Origin: Phoronis australis
Taxonomy: Eukaryota > Animalia > Phoronida
Length of the DNA stretch: 50,028 bases
Direction of reading: 5' to 3'
Assembly (NCBI GenBank): GCA_002633005.1
Contig: NMRA01000373.1
Span: 391,459-441,486 of the forward strand
Shown here: positions 9,295-22,157 of the stretch, one piece after another
Layout: each line of letters starts with the position of its first letter
Numbering within the stretch: the stretch's first letter is position 1
Notes under the pieces: generated by a model
The model's input: only the letters and a program-made list of their open reading frames with translations
What the model was told of the DNA's origin: nothing
Databases searched by the model: none
Program-made: the position numbers and the translations under genes

Positions 9295-11291
9295 TCACAC
9301 CGAGGCCTCCTCATGGCCCTCTACAGTGTCTGGATCCAAGACAGGATACGTACGTCGAACGAACTGCTTCATTTCGATTGGTCTACCATTCCACTGGGCC
9401 AATATGGTCAGGTGGTCGTCAGCACTGGGTTTCTCCCCAGCCGGCGACGTCTGTTGGGCGTCGTTCCGTGCACTCATAAGTGCCAACTCAGGCGGCGCAT
9501 TGGCAACCGGGCGCTTATCACTGGTTAACACAGGCTGATACTGTTTAAGCATGGCATATGCGGTTTGTCTACGTCTTAAGAAAACAGTCAACCCCAAAAT
9601 CAAAAGCGATGCTGCTATTCCCACAGCGGTGTATAACCAAAATTCGTTATCGGGGGTCCATGGTTTTGGGATTTCAAGTTCACGTAAATCAGTGACTAAA
9701 TTGTCCAGGGGGATTTCGGGTAAGTGAGCAAGGCGAGGCGGTATTTTTACTTCCACGTGTTTAGGAAAAGCTACTACATAAGGAGACCACATCGCGAAGG
9801 ATTCCTTTCGAATTCTCAGAACTCAAGCGAAACTATCGGGGTGCTCATATCTAGATTCTCTGTGAAAAGTTCCCAGAAGAGTCATAGTTGGGCGTGTGGC
9901 CTGGCACCCGTAATCAACATGTACATGTATCAAGTTTACCCCAGGGTCTGCAATAATTGACTAGGTGTTAGTGCGGCTGTGGTTGCACACTAGGGAGAAT
10001 CTCGTAATCTCGTTACTTACTACAGCGTACCAGCCAGATTTCAGATATATGGCCAGTGGTAAAGCTGTGTTCGTTCTAATGAAAACGCAGCAGAATCTTT
10101 TGATAGCATCGTCAAACTTCATGAACAGAGCTACCAAACAATCTTTGCACAAATTGACAGGCCGTAGCGCGGGTTGTCGGGTCTTACAAAAACTAAGCGA
10201 CGAGCACGCCTTCATGTTGGCATAATCTAGTAAGGCATAAGACGTTCGTTCTGGGTTTATGGCAAACGCTGCCGCCAAAATGTCGAGCGGTTAGAATTAG
10301 GGAAAGGAGCAGGCAAATTGTGAATTTGAAATAATTCCATTCGTCCATAAGTGTCAATTAATGATATCCGAAATGTGCCCAAAATTCGCCCATTTTCCCA
10401 CGCAGTATGACAAGGGAGAGACATATAATATTGGAACAACTCCGTGTCAAGATCAAAAGGTAATTTTAAATGGCGTGGAATATTTATTTGTATTGTCCTC
10501 TAATATTCTGCGTAATGCCTCCGGCTGAACCACTGCTGGAGTAATTTGACCCAGAGACGCAATTCCTATCTGACTTTCGATGTGAGCCAAATAGCCTAAG
10601 GCTTTTTGCGCTGCCAATTCCAAATGGTTTAAAATAAGTTCTAAATGCATGTAGCTTTGGATGAAGACTGGCAAATCTTGTATTTCATGGTGTAGCATAT
10701 CAGTCACGTTATTAAGACGTTGTTCTATCTCATAAGTCGAAAGAATCAAGTCATTCAAGGTTTCCCGGTTTCTATTCACTTCGGTTCTGGTGGCTTTCAT
10801 TACGGTTACTCGTTTCATGGCGTTGGACACAATTTTCTTTTGATTCCTCACTATCAAATCAATTGTTTCCCGAATAGCTTGAACATCATCATCAGTGGCT
10901 GTGCCAAATAGCCAATGACTAATTTTCCCTATAAATGGTAAGATGCTCCGTCTGCATCGGTTACCGCGAGATTGAGCCAAAGTGTTATAGCCAGTCAACA
11001 ACTGGTCTATGGCCTCTTTTGTGAATCTAATATCATCATGAAATTAGCATTTTTGGGATCTGCATACTTTTGTTTTACATGTACTTGAGTGTGCGTATAG
11101 TAAGCACGTTCTATGTCCTGTGAAAACTGAGACATGAACTCCGAGAATTTGCTGAGGTCAATGAAACTCGTCACCCACCACTATCCCCATGAGCTATAAA
11201 ATAAATTAGTTCTCTCAAACACTACCCCGTTTTTGACAACGACGCATTGCACAATACCAGCCAACAACAGTACAACTGTCAGTCGTTGCAT
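9295..11291 (-). pseudogene. env: Envelope fusion glycoprotein, baculovirus-F/errantivirus type, frameshifted
   Basis: Signal peptide MQRLTVVLLLAGIVQC; furin site RCRR followed by fusion peptide SILPFIGKISHWLFGTATDDD; heptad region; Cys-rich segment (9961-10278); TM FWLYTAVGIAASLLILGLTVFL-RRR. Confidence 0.88.
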
Positions 11292-11296
11292 TCTTT

Positions 11297-11312
11297 CTGA
11301 AACAACAATAAA
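11297..11312 (-). promoter_or_regulatory. Putative splice acceptor for the subgenomic env mRNA
   Basis: TTTATTGTTGTTTCAG ends 5 nt before the env ATG (11291). Confidence 0.55.
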
Positions 11313-11536
11313 CCACTGAGTTCAATTAACTCACTCCTTATACTATATATAAGATATACATGTACATGTACGCAATCGCCATGCCGAGAACTAACTCGGA
11401 TACCCTTAGATCAGATACGTTACGTACAAGTACCCATGGCTAAATCATTTCGGGTAACATTCCCGTTCTTAATATTTAATTATACATGTAAGTGTGCTAT
11501 AAAATTTATGGTGCTACTGAAACCTTAAGTTCCTAC

Positions 11537-14500
11537 CTATCGACCATTCTTAAATGTCTCTAACATCATGCGGCATAAATCTAAATAAGCCGCGGAGGCG
11601 GTTTGGGTCGTTTTTCTACACTTCCGGCCTCTTCTTTTGCCCAATCGCGCGATGACGTTCACGTCCATGGCGTCGTCACGGTCATCTGGGTGTGGTCCCA
11701 TCGCGATGTCTGCACCCGTCTCGTCTGATGGCATGTACTGTTGGTCGTCTGGTGCAGAGAGGTCCGTCATTGGATTCGACTCGGCTTTGGCCTCGGGTCC
11801 GTCGCTTTCGGATGACAAGGTCCCTTGATCCTCCATCCGTGGCGCTGGCTTCGTCTGAGCCAAAGTTTTCACTTGCCCCCTCTGTTGGAGCTTCCTTTGA
11901 AGTTCCGCTAAGGGTACATCAGAGTCATCGGAAGATGAATCCCTCTTCATTTGGCGGAAATGATCCTGTAGACCTTGCTGTGGAGCAATTTCTACTTCGT
12001 CGTCAGACACGTCAGTTTCTTCGCTAGAACTGGGAGGGACGGCGTAGCGCGCTCTCCTCATTTGTGTATAATCGTCGTCATTCACCTTCCAGTCGTCGAT
12101 TTGTGCCCACCTCAAGTTGTCAATGTGCGACTTGGTAACCGTCCCATCTAACTGATTCCGGATGACATACGTTTTTTCAGACAGTCGTTCTAGGACGCGC
12201 CAGTAGCCTGTCTACTTAGGGTCCAGTTTGCTGGTTTTAGAAATATTTTTAAGGTACACAGGATCGCCAACCTCTAATTCAACTAAAACTCTACCCTTAT
12301 TCCCGGTTGCTAGTTTTTTGTTCAGATGGTGCTTTATCACCCGATAAACTGTCCTAAAAACTCTATGTTGGTTTTGTAGGATTACCTTATGTTCTTCCTC
12401 TCCCACGTATTTAGCACGTGGCCGCATTATGTTATGTACAGGAAGTCTAGGATCTCTACCGAACATAAGAAAATAACTGCTATACCCAGTATAATTGGTA
12501 TGAAAATTTAAACATGACTCTGCTTGACTAAGGTAAACATCCCATTGTTCTGGATTTTCACGACATAATTTACTCAAAACGTCACCAAGTACCTTGTGTG
12601 ATCATTCGACTCCGCGGCCATTTGCTTTTGGATTGTAGAAACTGGTGGTAACATGCCGAATATTAAATGATTCCAATTATGATAAAACAACGTATACTTT
12701 GAAAACCAATCAGTCAGAGTCAAAATATATCGGTTACCACTGGGTGATGGTGTCATTGGAATGGCACAACATATTGGTACCTGTTGCCAAGGGCCGTTCA
12801 CTGCTTTTAAATTTCCATCCTGGCATGTTACGCATTCTGAAACATACATGTACTTCTCAACCTCTTTAAACATTCTAGGCCAGAAATAACTGTTTATAGA
12901 CGACTGATAGGTCCTATCTATCCTGCATGTCCTAGTTGATCGTGATATTGTTTGATGACTAGCGACTGTAAATGTTCAGGGACATACAGACGAATTTTAA
13001 CGTCACCTTGATCGTCAGAAACATAATACAGGACATTTTCTATGAGTAAATACTTATTCTCAATTCTTTTGCTAGGCTTAGGAGACGACAGTTCATCGAT
13101 TATTGTCCTGCGCTCCTGATCTTTCTTTTGTTCCTCTTGCATATCCAATTCTAACTTAGGCATTTGCAATTCAGAGGTAAGATCAGGTATAGGAGGACTC
13201 TCCGTTTCGTGAGACTTAGGATCTATTCTGCTGTTATCTGCTACATTAACCTGTGCTATGGGAGCCTGAACCTCAAAAGTTTTATTATCTATATCTAGAG
13301 TTTCCTCGTCAATCGCATTATCGTCGTTGGAAGGCGCTCTGCTTAGCAAGTCAGCTATTGTGTTATCCTTGCCTGGAATATGTTTAATTTCACCATCATA
13401 AGCCGAGATTAGTACCGACCATTGCGCCACTTTCTTATTTTGTATGTCGCTTTTAAGCAAATAAATGAGGGGCATATGGTCCGTGAAAAGCGTGATTTTG
13501 GAATTGTAAATGTGTGTTCGAATTTCTTAAGGGCCATCAATACTGTGAAACATTCTTTTTCGATGGTTGCCCAACGCTTTTGTGTGTCCGTCAGTTTTTG
13601 CGACATGAAGTAGATAGGTTTTTCAACACTCTCGATTGGACACTTTTGTACCAAACAGGCTCCAATTGCAAAATCGCTTGCATCAGTGTATATAATATAA
13701 CTTAATTTGGGATCAGGATAATTTAGCATCGGAACGGCGGAAAGGTGTTCTTTGATAAATATGAAAGCGTGTTCGCATTCGGATGTCCATTTAAATCTGG
13801 CATACTTCTTGGTGAGTTCAGTCAATGGGGTCATAATGCCCGCCAAATTTGGGATAAATCTCCGATAGTATGACAGAATCCCTTGCAGTGCTCTCCCACC
13901 TCTTTTACGGTGGCTGGTCGTTTCATTGATCTAATAGCCGAAATTTTGGCTGGGTCGGGGCGGATCCCTTCTTTATCTACTATGAAACCCAGATAGCTAC
14001 AATTTCAACTTCAAGTTGTGTTTCCTGAGGCGTTGGAAAACGATTTTCAGATGTTCGACATGTTCAGTGACACTTTTACTGTAAATAATGCAATCATCGA
14101 TATAGGCTCGAGCTAAAGGGAGTCCCTCTAAAACGATTGACATGAGTTCCTGGAAAAACTGGGACTATTGCAAAGTCCGAATGGCATAACTTGAAACTGG
14201 TAAAGATTGTGATCAGTAGAAAACCCTGGCGAAAAGGCGACCTTTTCCTTGTCATTAGGGTGCATTTGAATTTGCCAGAAACCACTACGTAAGTCTAATG
14301 AACTGTAAATACAAGAGTCCCTAAGATCGTTCAATATGTCATCAATTTGTGGTAGAAAAACGAATAACCCTTAGTCACACTATTCAGTTTTCTATAATCT
14401 ACACAAAACCTTAGTAATACACTACCATTCTTCTTAGTTACCAATACTATAGGTGAACAAAATTTGGATCTAGAAGGCTCTATGACTTTTGCCGAAAGCA

Positions 14501-15470
14501 TTTTATCCACCGCTTCTTTAGATATTTGCTGCTTCGCTACCGGAAGTCGATATGGACTCTGCTTGACAACTGTGCCGTCCGGCACGTCTATGCGCATTTG
14601 TACAGTGCTCGTTCTCCCTAAATCGAGGTCTGTTGCCGCCGCGAAAACATCGCTATTCTGCCTTAACAACTCTTTTACTAAGCTACTATATGCATCTGGT
14701 GTATCAATTTCGGATAAGTCTAACTCTTGTTTACCAACGGACTGGATTGAGGCTGGTTTATCTAACACACTCACTATGTTTACAGTGCGTAACTCTTCAA
14801 CCTGTCCTACAGCAAATCCTCGTTTTATCATGATGTATCGGCCAGAAATGTTGATTACCACTTTACCACTGCGTTTGAAATGGACAATCCAGGTTCTGAA
14901 TTTAGGAATCCGGTTGTTAAAGGTGACACTTGGAAGATTTGCTGTCTTTTACTACCCCTGGCTGCGCAACTTCTGGCACGACATACAACCTTGGAATAAG
15001 GTCTAACTATAATTTCTTTGATTACTCTAACATAAGATTTAACCAGTGAATCCTGAATTAGGGGTGTGTAAAATTCTCCTATCCTTACATTCTAAGTTCA
15101 AAATAGACACGACAATTATTCTTGTGAATGAAGTCTTTCCCAATTATCATTCTTCGATTCACATCTCAGATCACTACAAATCCATATTTGAGAATATTGT
15201 TTCCAATTTTTAAGTTCAACGAGACACAAGCGAAAACATTCAAACGTTGATTATTTGGTGTCTGAACTACAGTTTTTCGATTGACTATTTCTACTAAGTC
15301 TTTTCGCTTAAGCTCCTCAAATGTAACCTCCGATATAACGGATATTGCAGCACCCGAGTCAATTAATGCTCTGACTCGCATCTGTCCCACCTGTACTTGA
15401 ATACTATCCTCGCTTCCCAAAAACACAAGTTTACAACATCATCCTGACCCGCGGAAGCTCTCGAGTCAGT
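11537..15470 (-). pseudogene. pol: Pol (PR-RT-RNase H-IN with long acidic C-terminal tail), multiple frameshifts
   Basis: LIDSGAAISV; SPIVLVTKK...RFCVDYRKLN; LDLRSGFWQI...MPFGL; YIDD near 14100; YTDASDFAIGA...EKEC; HDQLGH...CVTC; LMFGRDPRLP; KLDPK*TGYW (GPY/F motif), in frame with ORF 11537-12115. Confidence 0.92.
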
Positions 15471-15485
15471 GCACGTTAGTTTTCC
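15445..15485 (-). promoter_or_regulatory. Putative gag-pol -1 ribosomal frameshift signal
   Basis: GGAAAAC-TAA at the end of gag, followed 10 nt after the heptamer by the hairpin TGACTCG-N10-CGGGTCA. Confidence 0.55.
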
Positions 15486-16451
15486 TGGGGTTTGGCATCG
15501 TTTGGCGTGGTGTCAGCGGAGCATGGGTTGCCGGTAGTTAACTGGATCTTGATTCGCTCGGACAGCTAAAAAACTTTTAAAACTGAAACAGTCACGTTTC
15601 ATGTGGCCAGGTTTTTTGCAAAAGAAACATCTGATCGGTTCCTTTTCTTGGGCGTTAACTGTTCTAAACCGCGCCCGACAGTCCCTTGTTCTATGATTTG
15701 TTCTGTTGCAAATTCTGCATCTTTGAGGAGGGGCTATTTTGTCAACGTCCATTGGGCTGATTTCCTTGTTATCGCCCGGTTTTACATTCACTCGCGTTCA
15801 TAGATGTATTTCTCGGACAGAAACTTTAAGGGCATCTCTGAAAGTTGTTGGAGCTGAACATAGGACGGGCTCTCTTATTCTCACGTCCCGGAGCCCATCC
15901 ACAAAAGACCCAATTAATCGTTCTTGTAGAACGCCCAATGCCGCCTGATCGTCGAATGCCTCCCGCGCCGCGGCCGACAACAGTCGCTCGCCATACATTT
16001 GAACGCTTTCGTTTGGTCGTTGCTTAATTGATTTTAATCGACCAAATGCCAAGCTTTTGTCAGTGATAGGAGCAAAACGTAACTTTTAAGTTACGTTTAA
16101 AGCAGAACTTAATAGTTCTGCTTTAAACTGCTCATACGTGCATTGTGGGTGGTCTGCCATATAACGTTTAATGAANCGTTTAATGAATGCCGAAACCTCA
16201 CCCCCCGATCTTTGATATGCAATTAGGATTTGTTTCCTGGGATCCATATTGTGAAGAATTACGGCCATCTTCTCAATCTCGCTCACCCAGGCTCGAAACC
16301 CATGGACATCTCCTGAGAAAACGGTGATATTTGACGCCAATGACGTTTCGTTCATGGAATTCATAGCATCGGTAACATCTCTGGTGAAATTACCTGCAAG
16401 TCCCGTTAAAAATTCGGCTAAATCTACAGTAGCTTGTTGCTGATGTGCCAT
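15476..16451 (-). pseudogene. gag: Gag with two CCHC zinc knuckles, frameshifted
   Basis: ITVFSGD...WVSEIE; IKQRPNESVQMYGERL...FVDGL (capsid MHR-like); CRICNRTNHRTRDC and CFFCKKPGHMKRDC. Confidence 0.92.
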
Positions 16452-16516
16452 ACTGCTCAGTGATCAGGTTATGCTAACTACTAAACTTCTTAGATATCTC
16501 GTCTCGTTCACGATAA

Positions 16517-16535
16517 ATCCGGCCGCAAGGCACCA
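16517..16535 (-). promoter_or_regulatory. PBS-like sequence of the env-bearing Gypsy
   Basis: TGGTGCCTTGCGGCCGGAT starts 11 nt after the LTR end. The tRNA identity is unresolved. Confidence 0.5.
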
Positions 16536-16546
16536 AAAAGGACTCG

Positions 16547-17882
16547 TGTGGTATACCAATGCGTGTTGTGGCCGATATGGCGCGCATGTGGTAATAAGTA
16601 CGAATACTTTAACAATAGAATACGTCTATTAATTTGCAGAGTTGTGATTTACAAATTATAGATTACAATAAGTTGTGAGACTGATTGAGACAAGATATCC
16701 CTACAGGAAAAGTTTCCCGTAGCTACCGCACTGCACGCTAACACAAAACAAGCTACAACAGAACTAACCCTCCAGAACAATCACTAGCCGGTTCAAATTG
16801 ACTAACGGGCTGAGACCAACGCCCGTGATAAATGTCTATACCTCAGTTGTCCTTTTCTCCTTGACTTTTTGGTCACAGAATGGCTTGGCTCCAGCATATC
16901 TCAGCAGTAAATTCAATAGCAGCCAGGCTGTACATGTATTTTCTACACGTTCTTCTGTTGCTGGCAATGTTTATTCTAAAAAAATTAAAACCGAGACGGG
17001 CAAGAGATCTTTTATCTATGCAGCTACTATAATATGGAATTCTTTTAACCCAGAAATTAAAGGTCCAATTCAATTACTACCTTTAAAGTAAATATTAAAA
17101 AGTGGCTGTAATTTACTTGACCTTTTATACCCTGCCTGTCTTAATCATTACATTTTTTCATTGTCGTAAATACTCTCACTGTCTAGAAACATCTCTTAAT
17201 TTATTTCATCTGTCTTAGTTAAATTTTTACCATTATTTGTCATTTAATTATTGTCTTAATTCTCAACCTGTTTTAATTGTATCTTTGTTACATATATTTC
17301 ATTGCTGTCTTATTAATTCATTGTATTATATTACTGTTTTTCTTGTTGAGGGCCCTCTTGGAAAGCAGTGCTATCACTGAAGAGGCCACCTTCACTTTAA
17401 ATATCACAATAATAAATAAATAAATAAGAAGTTGCTCGTCTGGCCCCGGCTTCGTCTCAGAAGTCTGAAGTTGTCTTCCAGCTCTGGAGTCGTGCCCCGT
17501 AGTCTGAAGTTGTGGTCTATGGTGGATCCAGTCTGCAATGGTCTCGAGAGCCAGTGCTTTAAATACTAAATTAAGTGGCGTCACGCGATGGACCCACTCT
17601 GTATGTACATATACATGTATGTCCATCTCTGTATGACGAGTTGAATATAACGAGCTAACTGACCACGCGATGGACCCACTCTGCATGTACATATACACTG
17701 TATGTCCATCTCCCTATAAATCAAAATTCATGCATAGCTACCACTATTCCTCTATTATTGCATAACTGCCACTATTCCTGGGTTTTCAACATCAGAGCAC
17801 TATTCCTGGATTTAACTGCTACAGAGGAAGCATATCCCCTGAAATTTCGTGCACATGGAGGGCATAGCCTTATTATATTACA
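16547..17882 (-). repeat. 5' LTR of the env-bearing Gypsy (~790 bp net, interrupted by a LINE tail)
   Basis: Homologous to 208-3128, with TG..CA ends. Confidence 0.92.
16881..17426 (+). mobile_element. 5'-truncated L2/CR1-group LINE tail
   Basis: NGLAPAYLSSKF...STRSS...GKRSFIYAATIIWNS (ORF2 C-terminus), a 3' stem-loop-like segment and an (AATA)n tail. AGAA is duplicated relative to the other LTR. Confidence 0.85.
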
Positions 17883-20529
17883 GGCTGTGTGCCTATGGAG
17901 TGACTGAGCGCAGTGTCTTCCGACAGAAAGATGTTGTCAAATAATAACTCGATTTTATATGCTATGGCAGATTTTAGGGGAATCTTTAGTTAGATATAGT
18001 GCATGCTTTGATTATTGCACAACTTTTGCTCCGACGGTTCTGTGGAAGGGCAACATGACTTAATTCGCGGCCCCCGCCGGATGTGTAAGTAGATTTGCAG
18101 TTTCGCGGATATTTCACCCAAATAATCACCTGAACATTATTTCTTTGGCACACTAGTATAGTCTTTTCGTGACTGGAATTGTAGTTTCCAACTTTGGTTT
18201 ATGTTCGTGACGTCTTCAGTCCGGCAGAGTAGCAGATTCGGGTTCCGAGCCACTGACCGGGATAACAAGCGTTTTGTGTGTTTAGAACTGAAAAAAATGC
18301 TAGTCTAAAATCAAAACACACAACTATGTTCTCCTGCCTGTACATGTATTTCATGGAAGAATAATTCGAATTCATCACCGAACAGACCCCATTACCGCAA
18401 CCGACCTTGGTAAATTGGCCCACCGAACTTTGTGGGCTATGGTACGTTCAAATACCTATAAATCCGCAACAGACAGCGAAGTAAAACAACACGTTTCTTC
18501 AGGAACTCGATGTATTTGTAAGGGTTTTACATCGAATTTTGAAGATTTATAGGTGTAAAACGATGAGTTCAAGCGATAAACTGGCACATGTAAGCGAATT
18601 GTGAACTGCAGAACAGACTACGTTCGAACCTGTGACGTCATTGGTTAATTTCAGCCGTCAGGTGTCAGGTAAAACAACTGAACTTACTGTTGTAGAGTGG
18701 AACTACTCGATCTAAATTAATACAAAATAGTTTTTTTTGGGTGGCATTCTCCTGTAAGGTTATCCCAAGCGTTATTTAGTGGCCTCCATTGTAACTCGTA
18801 TATCAAAAAACTAAGCTTTTCAACTAGTCAAAGTACATATTTTCTGAAAGGAAAAAGATCATGGAACACAAAAATAATTTTATATTAATGTACCATTATT
18901 ATTTTACGTAAAATCTTTTTAAGTCAAAATTTTATTTGAAGAAAGGAACATTCATAGCAAAATAACACCTCGGTCGACTTTAATGAAACCTTTTTTAAAT
19001 GAAAACTTCACCAGTTACCTCAAAAATGTTGTTAGGAATTTTCGATTAGTCTTTTCGTTTGGAGTCTATGACAAATCTACTTACAAAACGTAAAGTATTT
19101 TGTAAAGAACGGAAGTCGTATTCGTCTTTGTTATATTATGCAGAAAATAGGCCTTTATATCGAAAATATTTACCTGCGTTTTTGAGGTTGCTGACTAAAT
19201 ATTAAGTTTGGAAAGTTTCAGCGCAATCCACAGAGCTGTTTTCGAGAACTCGTGTTCCTTAATTCAAATAAAGTCGATTTGCCGAAGACGACAAAAAGCC
19301 GATTAAACTGGGATGAGTGAAAATCTGAAAGTCTTTGGTTAATTATTCGACGAAAACTTGTTTTCGGTACTCATGACCTATACATGTCGTCAGCATGAGA
19401 TCGAAACATCGAAATGTCAATTTACTAAGTGAATGAAGAAATTGCCATGAGGATTTATCTTTTTCCACAACTTGCTGTGTTCATGACCACAGAGGCCTGA
19501 GGCGACTCGTAGCATTCCGGCTTTCTCAACGCCAACGGTCGTATGCACAACTTCCTTAGGATCAAAGCTACGCTTTGTCTTTGTTTTCCCCGGAACTATA
19601 TGTGTATTTTACTATAAGTACATCTCGTTGACTCCATGTCATGGCGCCTTTTGAATGAAAAGACTGAGGGTAAACGAAGCTGTTCTGTACCTGGAGGGAG
19701 ATTCGATTTGATTGAAAGCCCTTTAACCTTTGACCTCGGATAAGTAGTAAACAAAAATCCACACGCTTTTTTAGTTCCAAGGTGGTTCTGTTAAATTTCT
19801 GTTAATTTTTCTCGCTACGGAGAATATGTTTTGTATTTGAAGTTCTCTGAGAATGAAGATAATGTATTTTGCAAGACAGGTGAAATATTGTAAAAATGGT
19901 CAATATTTTGTTGATATGGTTTGACATATCCTTAACGACCTGAGATGACCTCCTTGGTAGCCTCATAGTCATAAGACAAGTTTGAAGAGAGTAATCCCAA
20001 TCGCCAATAACTTCGTTAATTCGCAATTTTGAGCTTGCTTGGCAACCCCCCCCCCCCCCCCAAGCAATGATCAGTTATAGTTTTGGGTAGTTGTGATGTG
20101 TTATTTGCTTCTAACATGAGTTTGACTTCAAAAATTTATTTAGAAGACTTTTCAAGTTTTGGCCGCTGACCAATAATAACATTAAGGGTAACGCATCATT
20201 GGTCTTCCGGATACTGGCGAACTTCTGCAGAATAAGCGTGTATGATTTTGTTTGACTGTGCGCATTGTATTATTTTGTGCTGCGCGTTTTGTTGATTTGC
20301 GCTTCATAAGTATGACGTCATCAAAACCGGGGTAAATCCATACATGTGTATACTGCGCAGGCCCATTTGTGTGCCAATAAGCAGCTCTGAAACAGAGCTG
20401 CGAAGGGTCATCCAAGTGTTTGTAAAACGGGCATAAATCAAAAGAATGAGAGAAAAGTACTTGATTATTGTTCTAGTGCCAGCCAGCTGGAACCCCCTTG
20501 ATATATTTAGAGGACCGCAAACTGTCCGT

Positions 20530-20950
20530 TATATTTAGGCTCTTTTTACCTTTCCCTAGTTAACAACGACGGATCAAATCGTCTGCCATCATCTACCCAA
20601 AGTTTTTGACCTATAATGACATCAAGAAGCGATCCAAATGCAAGACAGGAAGCTAAGTGAATGTTAAAGTTCAAGAGCACATCGCTATCTTATGTAAAAA
20701 TAAAATGGCTGAGTGCCAAGCGAATACTAATTGAATTCCCTTGACAAAATGTTTTTTCAGCTATATGTTTTGCCTCCTTTTACTTTCCTCGAACAATAAC
20801 GAATCAAATCGTCTGCCATGTTGTAACCTCACATTTTGACCCAATGACATATTGTAATTAACAGCGACCCGAATGCCAGTCAGTGAGCCAAGTACACGAG
20901 TTCTCAAAAATACAAATGGCGTAATTTCAAGCAAATAGTAAAAATTCGAA
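20530..20950. repeat. Two diverged ~230 bp tandem units
   Basis: ATCAAATCGTCTGCCAT...TTTTGACC...AATGACAT recurs at about 20573 and 20803. Confidence 0.55.
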
Positions 20951-22133
20951 TCTACGAGTGAATAAGTTCTTTTGAAGGGCTTGATTTCCGTGCAGTTATA
21001 TTCGCCGTATGATTTCTAAAGACGAATATGTTCACACAATCGAAGTTTCGATGTGTACAGGCAAATGTATATGATGTGCAATTCGAGCGTGATATGTGTG
21101 ACTTATTCAGAATCTGCACTTTCGATGTACAGATTTGCAATCCTTTTGAAAGAACACGAAACTCTGTTTTGACGAGTTCAACCAATTTTCGTTCTGCCAC
21201 CGGTTAATGGATCATTGATGTCAATCGTGAAATATAAAAACAGGAACCAAATAAAAACTCTTACCCTCTCTCACACATGGACATTATAGCCCGTGGCCTT
21301 TTACCATAGTTGCCAAATAATTAGCTAGAAGCGTACATGTAGGTCACGCTTGACCGTTTGGCAGACTTTGGCAAGTTTTCAAATGTTCCTCCAAACTTTT
21401 TAGGGTTGTCGAGAGTTATGTAGCAGCAATTTGTTGGAGAGAATTGGATGGGAAAATCGGTTTTAGTATCTTTTAAAAGGCCAAACCGGGTTTGGGGTCT
21501 AGTTGTCAAAAAGATGACCCTGCAATGTTATTTTTGTTAAGCTTAAGTTGTTTTTGTAAATTTATTGAATTTGCTAAGAGGAAGAAAATAAATTTGGTTG
21601 CAGATTGTGAAACATTGACCATTTTTATAGGTCACGATGGCGGCATTCGCCATCAGGAATTTCGCTCGATTTCCATCTTCTGAACATTATGGCTTAAAGG
21701 ATTCGGCAATGTATCGTTTCTAATGTTTTGTGGGACGAACAATTTTGGGTATTGTTTATGGGTGCAGGGTCAAATTAAAGGTCAATTGAGACGGCTGAAT
21801 GGTAAAATAAAATGTGAAAAATCCACTTCTCTTGGCGGACTAAATGTTAAATGTATGAGAACTGCTAATGCAAAATCTTATGATTTTTTCTGAAATCAAA
21901 CAGTTTTAAGGATAAAGGATAGCAATATATTGAATAAAACGTCCTCCCAGAATCTGAATAAGCGATGTCACATTATTACGTTTCTTTGAGATTAGGGATA
22001 TGTGTCGTCTGTACAAGCAATTAGACTATGTATGCAATTTGAACATGCTGTTTTTATTTACAATGTATCTGTTACCTAATTGTAGGTGAGATATCCAATA
22101 CGGGCGTCCTTAATTACTTATATGTACATGTAG

Positions 22134-22157
22134 GTGTGTGTGTGTGTGTGTGTGTGT
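22134..22157. repeat. (GT)n microsatellite
   Basis: About 12 GT units. Confidence 0.95.

Larger units (their letters stand above)
208..17882 (-). mobile_element. Decayed env-bearing Ty3/Gypsy LTR retrotransposon (errantivirus-like layout) with nested insertions
   Basis: Two homologous LTRs (TGTGGTA...TATTACA on +). GGCT flanks both ends (204-207, 17883-17886). gag-PR-RT-RH-IN-env remnants lie in order on the minus strand, with PBS-like and PPT signals. Confidence 0.93.

Noticed and set aside
16158-16190. Duplicated FIKR segment around an N in gag
   Set aside because: Probably an assembly or consensus artefact at an ambiguous base
17900-22100. Probable fragments of old DNA transposons, plus a coding-like stretch at 19690-20030 (-)
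   Set aside because: No paired termini, TSDs or recognisable protein motifs could be established
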